In this document: positions 1-8,387 of the stretch, piece by piece | Numbering within the stretch: position 1 is the stretch's first letter | Layout of the letters: every line of letters starts with the position of its first letter | Assembly: GCA_018970605.1 (NCBI GenBank) | Contig: JAGWWA010000002.1 | Coordinates: forward strand, 272 to 64,271 | Reading direction: 5' to 3' | DNA: 64,000 nt | Origin: Planctomycetota bacterium | GTDB lineage: Bacteria > Planctomycetota > Planctomycetia > Pirellulales > UBA1268 | Notes under the pieces: model-generated | What the model saw: only the letters and a program-made list of their open reading frames with translations | What the model was told of the DNA's origin: nothing | Database searches by the model: none | Position numbers and translations under genes: made by a program

Positions 1-1
1 T

Positions 2-397
2 CAGCACCAGCTCTACACTCAGATCGAACTGACCGGCCGCGGCGTGGTCTACAACGCGCCCGTGGACGTCCAACTCACCGACCACGACATCGTTCAGCCC
101 GATCTCGTCGTTGTGCTCACCTCCCGCATGCAGATGATCACGCCCACCAAGATCAAGGGCGTGCCCGACCTCCTCGTCGAGATCCTCTCGCCCTCGACCG
201 CGTCCAACGATGCCACGCTCAAGAAGCAGCTCTACGAACGGGTCGGCGTAGCGGAATACTGGATCGTGGACCCCGACAACCACACGGTTGAGCAACTCGT
301 GCTCACCGATGGGCGGTACGAGCGGCGGCCCGACGCTGGATGCGTCCCGCTGTCGATCCTCGAGGGAGTGGCCGTCCGGCTCGCGGACGTCTGGTGA
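2..397 (+). CDS. Uma2 (DUF820) family putative restriction endonuclease, 5'-truncated by the window edge
   Basis: The frame is open from position 2. Motifs VQPDLVVV, PDLLVEILSPST and KKQLYERVGVAEYWIVDP are typical of the Uma2 family. Confidence 0.85.
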   Translation, partial: QHQLYTQIELTGRGVVYNAPVDVQLTDHDIVQPDLVVVLTSRMQMITPTKIKGVPDLLVEILSPSTASNDATLKKQLYERVGVAEYWIVDPDNHTVEQLVLTDGRYERRPDAGCVPLSILEGVAVRLADVW

Positions 398-511
398 GCC
401 GCGAAACGGATCGCGATGCTGGTGAAGCTCTGCCGCAGGATGCCGTCCTGCGGCGCCGTCGGCCTTGGACTGGGCTTCCGGGCTCGGCCCAGCCGCGGCT
501 ACCCTCTTGGC

Positions 512-1105
512 ATGGACTCACCGCGTTCCGTGCCTCTGCACGCCCCTGACAAGCCCGCCGCGACCCCCGTCGCCAAAGGCGTCGAGCGGGTGGTCGGATT
601 CGACCCCGGGCTGAATGTCACGGGGTACGGCGTCGTCGAATGCCACGGGGCCACCGTCCGCCTCGTCGAAGCCGGTACCGTGAAATCGCGGGGCGAAACG
701 CTGGAAGAGCGGCTCTTCACGATCCACGCGGGCGTCTGCGAGGTGATCGAGGCGTGCAAGCCCACCGCGATGGCGATCGAGCAGGTGTTCTCCCACGCCA
801 AGTTTCCGAAGACGGCGATCCTGCTCGGCCACGCCCGGGGGGTGATCTGCCTGGCGGGCGTTCAGGCGGGGCTCGCCGTGCACCACTACCTGCCCAACCG
901 CGTGAAGAGCACGCTCTGCGGCTCGGGCCACGCCGGCAAGGAGCAGATGCAGGCAGCCGTGCAGCGGGAACTCGGCCTCGCGACCAGGCCCGAACCGGCC
1001 GACGCCGCCGACGCGTTGGGCGTCGCCCTGGCTGACTACCATCTCCGCCTCCGTCCACTGTTCTTCGGCACCGGCGTCGTCCGCATCAGGAGCAGTCGGG
1101 CCTGA
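512..1105 (+). CDS. ruvC: Crossover junction endodeoxyribonuclease RuvC
   Basis: Motifs GFDPGLNVTGYG, AIEQVF, LGHARGV and DAADALGVA. Lies upstream of ruvA. ATG at 512 chosen as start. Confidence 0.93.
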   Translation: MDSPRSVPLHAPDKPAATPVAKGVERVVGFDPGLNVTGYGVVECHGATVRLVEAGTVKSRGETLEERLFTIHAGVCEVIEACKPTAMAIEQVFSHAKFPKTAILLGHARGVICLAGVQAGLAVHHYLPNRVKSTLCGSGHAGKEQMQAAVQRELGLATRPEPADAADALGVALADYHLRLRPLFFGTGVVRIRSSRA

Positions 1106-1121
1106 CGCCCGAACCCTTCCC

Positions 1122-1763
1122 ATGATCACCAAGATCTCCGGCACCCTCGACCGCATCGACCACTCGTCCAACTGCATCGAGTTGGCCGTGGGCCCGGTGG
1201 TCCACGAGGTGCTCGTCACGGAGCTCGTCCGCCGCAGTCTGCAGACGAAGCTCGGCCAGAGCGTCACGCTCCACACCATGGAGTTTCTGGAAGGCACCCC
1301 GGGCCGCGGCAACCTCGTGCCCCGGCTGGTCGGCTTCCTCTCCGAAGTGGAGCGAGAGTTTTTCGACCTGATCTGCGAGGTGGACGGCGTGGGGGTCCGA
1401 AAGGCCCTCCGCGCGATCATCCGACCGGTGGGCGAGATCGCGACGGCGATCGACGAGCAGGACGCCAAGGCCCTCGCCACGCTCCCCGGCATCGGCGCCG
1501 CCACGGCCGAACGGATGATCGCCAAGCTCCGCCGCCGGATGCCGAAGTTCGCCCTGCTGATCGCCCGGGAGGCGCCGGGCGAAGGAGGCATGGCGAAGGC
1601 CGACGACGTGTTCGGTGAGACCTTCGAAGTGCTCCGGTCGCTGGGCCATTCCGATTCCGACGCGCGTCGGCTCGTCGATGCCCTGCGGGCCGACAAGAAG
1701 AAGCCGAAGGATGTCCAGGAAGCCCTCGAGGCGATCTATCGCCAGCTCCACAAGCCGCGGTAA
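1122..1763 (+). CDS. ruvA: Holliday junction branch migration protein RuvA
   Basis: MITKISG start, HhH motifs VDGVGVRKAL and LPGIGAATAERMI. Sits between ruvC and ruvB. Confidence 0.95.
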   Translation: MITKISGTLDRIDHSSNCIELAVGPVVHEVLVTELVRRSLQTKLGQSVTLHTMEFLEGTPGRGNLVPRLVGFLSEVEREFFDLICEVDGVGVRKALRAIIRPVGEIATAIDEQDAKALATLPGIGAATAERMIAKLRRRMPKFALLIAREAPGEGGMAKADDVFGETFEVLRSLGHSDSDARRLVDALRADKKKPKDVQEALEAIYRQLHKPR

Positions 1764-1793
1764 GCGGCAGCGACGACCCCACGCGGCGTCAAG

Positions 1794-2160
1794 AAGCCCC
1801 GAGCGGCAGCGAGGGGATCCACGTCCGTCATGCCAGCCAGGAACGTCCCACTGCCACGCCCGTCCCACTGCCACGCCCGTCCCCTCGCTGGCGCTCGGGG
1901 CTTTTTGTTTCTGCCAATGCAACCAGCTCGGGGCTGCCCGTGCCCGGGAGCCGGCGTTGCTGACGAGCGAAGCCATGGATGGCGGAGCGAAGTCAGCATC
2001 GAGCGAGCGCAGGGCAGGATGCCCGTAGCGAGCGTCCGGCGACGGGCATGGGCAGCCCCGAGCGGCGGGGCGGAGTCGGCCGTGCCCCCATCGCTCACGC
2101 GATTGCGCTTCCTGAGTTCGGAGCGAGCGTCCGGCGGCGGGCATGGGCGGCCCCGAGCGG
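1794..2160 (+). repeat. Intergenic repeat mosaic 1: module E inverted pair (1794-1817/1880-1903) enclosing a 17-bp tandem duplication, module C (1926-2063), module A (2083-2116), partial C end (2126-2160)
   Basis: aagccccgagcggcagcgagggga pairs with tcccctcgctggcgctcggggctt. The unit cgtcccactgccacgcc occurs twice at 1844-1877. The C stem is gctcggggctgcccgtgccc/gggcatgggcagccccgagc. Confidence 0.9.
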
Positions 2161-2237
2161 CGCGCCACGGGAAGGCCGCGGCTCGTCAACTTTCACGTAC
2201 CGGCCGGGATCGGCTACCCTGTGAACCGGTGAACAGC

Positions 2238-3263
2238 ATGGAATCCTTCCGCCAGCCCAGCATTCAGGCTCCCGCCGCCGACGACGCCCCGCCGGAGGAC
2301 CGCGCGCTGCGGCCCCAGCGGATGGACGAGATGATCGGCCAACGAGCCGTGCACGAGCGGCTGATGATCGCCATCGATGCGGCGCGGAAGCGGGGCGAGA
2401 CGCTCGGCCACATCCTCCTCGACGGGCCGCCCGGCCTCGGCAAGACGACGTTCGCCACCTGCATCCCGCGGGAACTCGGCACCACCCTCCAGATCGCCAG
2501 CGGTGCCGCCCTCGCGGCGCCGAAGGATCTGCTGCCCTACCTCACCAATGCCGCCGAGGGCTCGGTGCTGTTCATCGACGAGATCCATCGGCTGCCGATC
2601 GCGGTGGAGGAGTTTCTGTATCCGGCGATGGAGGATTTTCGGATCGACATCACGCTCGGCGACGGCGTGGCGGCCCGGACGATCAACATGCCGCTGCGGC
2701 CGTTCACGCTGGTGGGAGCCACCACGCGGGCCGGCCTGATCTCGGCCCCGCTCCGCGACCGGTTCGTGATCCGCGAGCACCTCGACTACTACTCCGTCCC
2801 GGAACTCGCCGCGATCGTCCACCGCTCGGCCGGCAAACTCTCGATGCCGATGGACGATGAGACGGCCGACGAGATCGCCCACCGCAGCCGCGGCACTCCC
2901 CGGCTGGCCAACAACCGGCTGCGATGGATCCGCGACTTCTCCACGAGCAGGGCCGACAGCCAGATGAGCGTGGGGATCGCCCGCACGGCCCTGGAGATGC
3001 AGGGAATCGACGAACTCGGGCTCGATGGCTTCGACCGCAAGTATCTGGAGACGATCCAGCGTGTGTTCGCCGGCGGTCCGGTGGGGATCGAGGCCATCGC
3101 CCACACCATGAGCACCGCCTCCGACACGCTGGAGGATGACGTTGAGCCCTACCTGCTCCGCTGCGAACTGATCGTCCGCACGCCCCGGGGCCGGCGGCTC
3201 ACATCCAAGGGAGATGAACACCTCGGCGCCCCGCCGAAGGCCGGCCAGGGGAAGCTCTTTTGA
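2238..3263 (+). CDS. ruvB: Holliday junction DNA helicase RuvB
   Basis: LRPQRMDEMIGQ, Walker A GPPGLGKTT, LFIDEIHRL, GATTRAG and RGTPRLAN. The ORF-track extension back to 1830 runs through repeat DNA. Confidence 0.97.
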   Translation: MESFRQPSIQAPAADDAPPEDRALRPQRMDEMIGQRAVHERLMIAIDAARKRGETLGHILLDGPPGLGKTTFATCIPRELGTTLQIASGAALAAPKDLLPYLTNAAEGSVLFIDEIHRLPIAVEEFLYPAMEDFRIDITLGDGVAARTINMPLRPFTLVGATTRAGLISAPLRDRFVIREHLDYYSVPELAAIVHRSAGKLSMPMDDETADEIAHRSRGTPRLANNRLRWIRDFSTSRADSQMSVGIARTALEMQGIDELGLDGFDRKYLETIQRVFAGGPVGIEAIAHTMSTASDTLEDDVEPYLLRCELIVRTPRGRRLTSKGDEHLGAPPKAGQGKLF

Positions 3264-3282
3264 TGGGTTTTTCCGAGGCGGA

Positions 3283-3312
3283 TTGACCTTTCCCCGGCTT
3301 CGCGGCTACTCT
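3283..3312 (+). promoter_or_regulatory. Putative sigma70 promoter for the rpmF-fab operon
   Basis: TTGACC (3283-3288), 18-nt spacer, TACTCT (3307-3312), about 50 nt upstream of rpmF. Confidence 0.4.
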
Positions 3313-3360
3313 CTGGGGCTCTCGCGATCCCGTTCAGGCGATTCCAGTTCAGGTGATTCC

Positions 3361-3546
3361 ATGGCCGTCCCGAAGCGACGTCAGTCGAACCAGAAGACCC
3401 GCTCCCGCCGGGCCCACGATTTTCTCACGCCCCGCCAGTTGACGTTTTGCTCGACGTGCGGCAAGGCCGTGCCGACCCACCGGGTCTGCGGCACCTGCGG
3501 CTCCTACATGGGCAAGACGGTCATCAAGACCGGCGACGACGCCTGA
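3361..3546 (+). CDS. rpmF: 50S ribosomal protein L32
   Basis: MAVPKRRQS start with Zn-ribbon CSTC...HRVCGTCGSY. Confidence 0.95.
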   Translation: MAVPKRRQSNQKTRSRRAHDFLTPRQLTFCSTCGKAVPTHRVCGTCGSYMGKTVIKTGDDA

Positions 3547-3566
3547 CCCACTCCGTACCCCACCAG

Positions 3567-4511
3567 GTGACCCCCGTGGGCGACGCGACCAACGCCGGCG
3601 AGTCTGCCACGCCCGCGATCGTCTTTCCGGGTCAGGGTGCGCAGTCGGTCGGCATGGCCGGTGACTGGGTCGAGGCCTGCCCAAAGGCGGCTGAACTCTT
3701 CGCCCGCGCCTCGGCGATCCTCGGCTACGACCTGCTCGCCGTCTGCCGGAGCGGCCCCGCCGACCGGCTCAACACCACGGCCGTCAGCCAGCCGGCAATC
3801 CTCGTGACGAGCCTCGCCGCCCTCGAGGTGCTCCGCGGCCGCGAAGGCCACCCGCTCGACGCCGCACGGATCGCCGCCGGCCTCTCGCTCGGGGAATACA
3901 CCGCCCTGGTCTTTGCTGGAGCGGTCGGCTTCGACGACGCCGTGCGGCTCGTGGACGTTCGCGGTCGGGCGATGCAGGAGTGCGCCGAGCAGCGGCCCGG
4001 CGCGATGCTCGCCGTGCTCGGCGTCGACCGCGACAAACTCCTGGCCCTGTGCGACGAGTGCCGCGGAGGCGACGTGCTCGAGGTGGCGAACGTGCTCTGC
4101 CCCGGCAACATCGTCGCCTCCGGCTCGAAGGACGCCTGCGGACGGCTCGAGGCTGCCGCCATGGCCGCCGGGGCCATGAAGTGCGTGCCGCTCGAAGTGG
4201 CCGGCGCCTTCCACACCGCGCTCATGCAGCCTGCGGTCGAGCGGCTCACGGCCGCCCTGGCGGCGGCGGAGTTCCGGCCCCCGCGCATCCCCGTCGTCAG
4301 CAACGTCGATGCCAAGCCGCACACCGATCCGGCCGAAATCAAGGCCCTGCTGGCGCGGCAGGTCGTCGGTGTTGTCGAATGGAACGCTTCCATGGCATAC
4401 ATCCTCTCGACCGGGGTACGGTCGATCTGGGAAGTCGGTCCCGGACGCGTGCTCCGCGGACTGATGAAGCGGATCGACCGAAGCGTCGCCTGTGCGGGCG
4501 TGTTTGACTGA
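3567..4511 (+). CDS. fabD: Malonyl-CoA:ACP transacylase
   Basis: FPGQGAQ, SQPAI, GLSLGEY (catalytic Ser), GAFHT and EVGPGRVL. The GTG start is approximate. Confidence 0.93.
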   Translation: MTPVGDATNAGESATPAIVFPGQGAQSVGMAGDWVEACPKAAELFARASAILGYDLLAVCRSGPADRLNTTAVSQPAILVTSLAALEVLRGREGHPLDAARIAAGLSLGEYTALVFAGAVGFDDAVRLVDVRGRAMQECAEQRPGAMLAVLGVDRDKLLALCDECRGGDVLEVANVLCPGNIVASGSKDACGRLEAAAMAAGAMKCVPLEVAGAFHTALMQPAVERLTAALAAAEFRPPRIPVVSNVDAKPHTDPAEIKALLARQVVGVVEWNASMAYILSTGVRSIWEVGPGRVLRGLMKRIDRSVACAGVFD

Positions 4512-4570
4512 CCGAGCCCGGACGGCCGGCCACCTGTTGCTGTTTCCCGTGTTCCCAGGAGATTGAGGTC

Positions 4571-5353
4571 ATGGCTGACGAGTCTGCGCCGACGGGCCCC
4601 AAGCGGTTGAACGTGGACCTGAGCGGCCAGGTGGCCCTCGTCACCGGCGCCTCACAGGGCCTCGGGCGTGCCATCGCCGAAGCACTTGCCGCGGCCGGTG
4701 CCACCGTCGCCCTCGCCGCCCGCTCGGCCGACAAACTCTCCCAGGTGGCCGCGGGTATCCGCGCGGCGGGCGGCAAGGCCGAAGAGGTTCCCTGCGACGT
4801 TGCGAAGGCCGAAGAGGCCCAGCGCGTCGTCGAGGCCGTCGTGGAGAAGTGCGGCCGGCTCGACATCCTCGTCAACAATGCGGGCGTGACCCGCGACACG
4901 CTCCTCCCGCGGATGAGCGACGAGGAGTGGGACACCGTCCTCGACACGAATCTCCGCGGGCCGTTCCTGTTCATGCGGGCGGCCAGCCGGCCGATGATGC
5001 AGCAGCGGTATGGCCGGATCGTAAACGTGGCGAGCGTGTCGGGCCTGATCGGCAATCCCGGACAGGCCAACTACTCCGCGTCGAAGGCGGGGCTCGTGGG
5101 CCTCACCAAGACGGTCGCCAAGGAACTCGCCGGCCGGAAGATCACCGTGAATGCGGTGGCTCCCGGCTTCATCGCAAGCGACATGACGGCGGCCCTCGGC
5201 CCCGCACTGCTCGATGAGGTGAAGAAGCGGGTGCCGGCCAAGCGGCTCGGCGAGGCCTGGGAGATCGCGGAGGCGGTGCTGTTCCTGGCGGCGCCCTCGA
5301 GTGGCTACATCACGGCCCAAACCCTTGTCGTTGATGGCGGCATGATCGGCTGA
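4571..5353 (+). CDS. fabG: 3-oxoacyl-ACP reductase
   Basis: TGASQGLG, NNAGVTRD, GNPGQANYSASKAG (YxxxK) and VAPGFI. Confidence 0.96.
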   Translation: MADESAPTGPKRLNVDLSGQVALVTGASQGLGRAIAEALAAAGATVALAARSADKLSQVAAGIRAAGGKAEEVPCDVAKAEEAQRVVEAVVEKCGRLDILVNNAGVTRDTLLPRMSDEEWDTVLDTNLRGPFLFMRAASRPMMQQRYGRIVNVASVSGLIGNPGQANYSASKAGLVGLTKTVAKELAGRKITVNAVAPGFIASDMTAALGPALLDEVKKRVPAKRLGEAWEIAEAVLFLAAPSSGYITAQTLVVDGGMIG

Positions 5354-5405
5354 GATAGCGGATTCGAGGCAGGTCTCGAAGTCTGCTCCCGCTCCCGCCT
5401 CCGAA

Positions 5406-5601
5406 TGCCCCCATCGCTCACGCGATTGGGCTTCCTGAGGTCGATCGCAGGAAGCGTAACGCCGTCAGGCGTACGGCCGCCGCGCGCACGACGGAGCCGG
5501 CGCGAGGAGCCCTCATCGCTCACGCGATTGGGCTTCCTGAGGCCCGATCAGCGCACCACCGCCGGCACGCCCCCATCGCTGACGCGATTGGGCTTCCTGA
5601 G
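5406..5601 (+). repeat. Repeat mosaic 2: three module A copies (5406-5439, 5508-5541, 5568-5601) with a module B-like hairpin at about 5452-5477
   Basis: cccatcgc(tcac/tgac)gcgattgggcttcctgagg occurs three times. The hairpin acgcc-gtca-ggcgt lies in the first spacer. Confidence 0.92.
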
Positions 5602-5798
5602 GTCTGACCGGCACGGAGACGCCACGATCGCCCGGGTTTTCCCGGGCTGGACACTGGCGGTCGGGAACGGGTATATCTTCCCCGACAACCCAGGCAAGGT
5701 GCGCAGCCTCGGAGGGCTGCCGCCGATCCCGTCAGACCGCCCCGCCCCGCTCGCCGCCCAACCGCGGCCGGCAGCCGGGCTCCAGGAGGATTCACAAG

Positions 5799-6035
5799 GT
5801 GGCTTCAGTTCAAGAGCGTGTGATCGACATCGTGGCGTCGCAACTTGGCGTGAGCAAGGAACAGATCACGCCCGAGACGTCATTCATCAAGGATCTGGGT
5901 GCCGACTCGCTCGATACCGTCGAGCTGGTGATGGAACTCGAGGAAGAGTTCGAGATCAACATTCCGGACGATGCGGCCGAAAAGATTCAGACGGTCGGCC
6001 AGGCGGTGGAGTTCATCGAAAAGAACCAGTCGTGA
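5799..6035 (+). CDS. acpP: Acyl carrier protein
   Basis: [23 protein letters not shown] aggagg upstream of the GTG start. Confidence 0.97.
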   Translation: MASVQERVIDIVASQLGVSKEQITPETSFIKDLGADSLDTVELVMELEEEFEINIPDDAAEKIQTVGQAVEFIEKNQS

Positions 6036-6072
6036 TCGGCTGATCGCGAAGCACGGACGGCGGAGCGACGGT

Positions 6073-7311
6073 ATGAAGCGACGGGCGGTTGTAACCGGCG
6101 TGGGAGTCGTCACCTCCCTGGGCCGGAAGGTTGACGTGTTCTGGGATCGGATTGTGCGCGGCGAGAGCGGCGTCGGCCCGATCACCCTGTTCGACGTCTC
6201 AGGCTATCGCGTGCAGTTCGGCGGCCAGGTGCACTGGGAGCCGGAGAACGAGGACATCTCGTCCGCGAAGGACCTGAAGCGGCTCGATCGCTTCACGCAG
6301 TTCGCGATCGGTGCCGCCAAGGATGCGGCCACCGACTCCGGAATCGACTTCTCGAAGGAGGAGCCCTATCGCTGCGGCGTGGTGATCGGCTCCGGCATCG
6401 GCGGCCTCTGGGAGTTCGAGACCCAGGAGGAGCGGATGCTCCACAAGGGCATCGACAAGGTGTCGCCGTTCACCATCCCGAAGCTGATGGTCAACTCGGC
6501 CAGCGGCCACGTTTCCGCCCTCTACGGGGCCAAGGGACCCAACTTCGCGGTCGCCACGGCCTGTGCCAGCGCAGCCAACTCGATCGGCAGCGCGTTGCGG
6601 GCGATCCAATACGGCGACGCCGACGTGATGATCACCGGGGCGAGCGAGGCCGCGCTCACCCCGATCGGCCTCGCGGGCTTCCAGAACATGCGGGCCCTGT
6701 CTTTCCGCGGCGATGCGCCGCAGCAGGCGAGCCGGCCGTTCGACGTCGATCGCGACGGCTTCGTGCTCGCCGAGGGAGCCGGCGTCATCGTGGTCGAGGA
6801 ACTCGAGCACGCCCGCCGACGCGGCGCCCGGATCTACGCGGAGCTCAAGGGCTACGGTGCCAGCGGCGACGCCGGCCACATCACCCAGCCCGACGAGGAG
6901 GGCCGCGGTGGTGCGCACGCGATGATGCTGGCGTTGCAGGACGCGGGCATCGGTCCGGAGGCCGTCCAGTACATCAACGCCCACGGCACCAGCACGCCGC
7001 TCGGCGACGTGGCCGAGACGAAGGCCGTGAAGCGGGTGTTCGGCGGGCATGCCAAGCGGCTGGCGATCTCCAGCACCAAGAGCAATCTCGGCCACACGCT
7101 GGGGGCCAGCGGCGGCATCGAAGCCGTCATCTGCTCCCTGACGATCGACCGCGGTGTGATCACCCCCACGATCAACCTCGACACACCCGACCCCGAGTGC
7201 GATCTCGACTACGTGCCGAAGGTGGCCCGCGAGGCGAAGGTCGACGTCGCCATGAGCAACTCGTTCGGATTCGGCGGCCACAACGCGAGCCTGGTGTTCG
7301 CCCGCCTCTGA
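6073..7311 (+). CDS. fabF: Beta-ketoacyl-ACP synthase II
   Basis: Intact Cys-His-His triad (TACAS, NAHGTST, KSNLGH) and C-terminal SNSFGFGGHNA. Confidence 0.96.
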   Translation: MKRRAVVTGVGVVTSLGRKVDVFWDRIVRGESGVGPITLFDVSGYRVQFGGQVHWEPENEDISSAKDLKRLDRFTQFAIGAAKDAATDSGIDFSKEEPYRCGVVIGSGIGGLWEFETQEERMLHKGIDKVSPFTIPKLMVNSASGHVSALYGAKGPNFAVATACASAANSIGSALRAIQYGDADVMITGASEAALTPIGLAGFQNMRALSFRGDAPQQASRPFDVDRDGFVLAEGAGVIVVEELEHARRRGARIYAELKGYGASGDAGHITQPDEEGRGGAHAMMLALQDAGIGPEAVQYINAHGTSTPLGDVAETKAVKRVFGGHAKRLAISSTKSNLGHTLGASGGIEAVICSLTIDRGVITPTINLDTPDPECDLDYVPKVAREAKVDVAMSNSFGFGGHNASLVFARL

Positions 7312-7350
7312 GCGGAGCGCACCGGCTCCGGACCGCGGGAGGCATCGGAC

Positions 7351-8331
7351 ATGGATCGGTCGCCGCGCGGCATGCTGCTGGTGGGAGGCGCCCTTGTCGC
7401 GGGCTTGCTCCCGCTGCCGGCGATCGGGCAGATTCCGGCCACGGCCGGCCAGGTCTGGAAGACGTACGACATCGCGGCCTACGTCGCGCAAGCCGGCGAG
7501 GGAAGCCAGCGGCACGTGGTCGACTGGATCCTGCAGGACACCGGCTACCCTGCCTGGCACGGCGACACGCCGGCATCGCTCTCCGCCGACACCCAGACGC
7601 TCTCCTGCTTTCACGGACCCGAGATGCAGGCGAAGGTGGAGGAGATCGTGGCCAGATTCGTGGACGACGCGGCCACGCCGCACCGGTTCAGCGTCCGGGT
7701 GCTGGGACTCGACGGGCCCGGCTGGCGGGCCGAGGCCCGGCCCGCGCTCGTCGCCATCCCGGCTGCCACGCCGGGCGTGCAAGCCTGGATCGCCCCGCGC
7801 GAAACAGCCGCCGCCGTCCTCGCCCGGTTGCGGTCGCGATCCGACTGCCACGAACTGCCCACCGGCCCCGTGCTCGCCGCCAACGGCCTCCCCGCCACGC
7901 TCTCCGGAGGACGCAAGCAACCCTACGTTCAAGACATCGCCCCACGGCCCGACGTCTGGCCCGGCTGGCAGATGCAGTCGTCCACCTGCGACGAGGGACT
8001 CGCGATCGACATCCAGCCGCTGCTCACCCGCGACCGGACCGCAGTGGAGGCGGTCGTCCGCTGCCGGATCGACCAGCTCGAACGGCTGGCCCAGGTATCG
8101 CTGGCCTCTCCCGTGAACCAACAGCGGGTGCAGGTGGAGGTGCCACAGGTGGCGGCCGTGAGGGTGGGAGAGCGGTTCCGCTGGCCCGCCAACCAGACGC
8201 TGTTCATCGGGCTCGGGTTGGTGCCGTGGCCCGTGCCCGCGCAGAATGTGACGGCCGTGTCGCTGTTGACCGACGACAAGCGGTGCGACGTGGTGATCGT
8301 GGTCGAGCCCAGGCTCGGCGGCGGACCGTGA
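7351..8331 (+). CDS. Exported hypothetical protein, possibly secretin-like
   Basis: N-terminal hydrophobic signal. C-terminal segments GLAIDIQPLL, VPQV...PANQTLFIG and VVIVVEPR resemble secretin beta-barrel motifs by eye. Confidence 0.65.
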   Translation: MDRSPRGMLLVGGALVAGLLPLPAIGQIPATAGQVWKTYDIAAYVAQAGEGSQRHVVDWILQDTGYPAWHGDTPASLSADTQTLSCFHGPEMQAKVEEIVARFVDDAATPHRFSVRVLGLDGPGWRAEARPALVAIPAATPGVQAWIAPRETAAAVLARLRSRSDCHELPTGPVLAANGLPATLSGGRKQPYVQDIAPRPDVWPGWQMQSSTCDEGLAIDIQPLLTRDRTAVEAVVRCRIDQLERLAQVSLASPVNQQRVQVEVPQVAAVRVGERFRWPANQTLFIGLGLVPWPVPAQNVTAVSLLTDDKRCDVVIVVEPRLGGGP

Positions 8332-8387
8332 CCATGACCGACGACAGACCGAGGCCCGTCGGGGCCGGAACTCGACAGGATGCGTGC

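Noticed and set aside
2-397. Uma2 nuclease as the enzyme mobilising the repeats, or as a defence system
   Set aside because: The gene is truncated and no repeat modules flank its visible 3' end. Uma2 genes are commonly multi-copy in planctomycetes, so nothing links it to the repeats.
1830-2237. Long N-terminal extensions of RuvB, ProS (to 22397), GcvT (from 27711), MetH (to 48185) and the FabF-like gene (from 7197) in the ORF track
   Set aside because: They run through repeat DNA or neighbouring genes. The recognisable family sequence starts at the downstream start codons I used.
5406-5601. CRISPR-like array of palindromic ~34-bp repeats (also 31645-31996 and 22507-22582)
   Set aside because: Spacers are uneven (68 and 26 nt) or nearly constant (8 nt). 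There are no cas genes or AT-rich leader, and the same repeat is dispersed over six loci, which fits REP/BIME elements.
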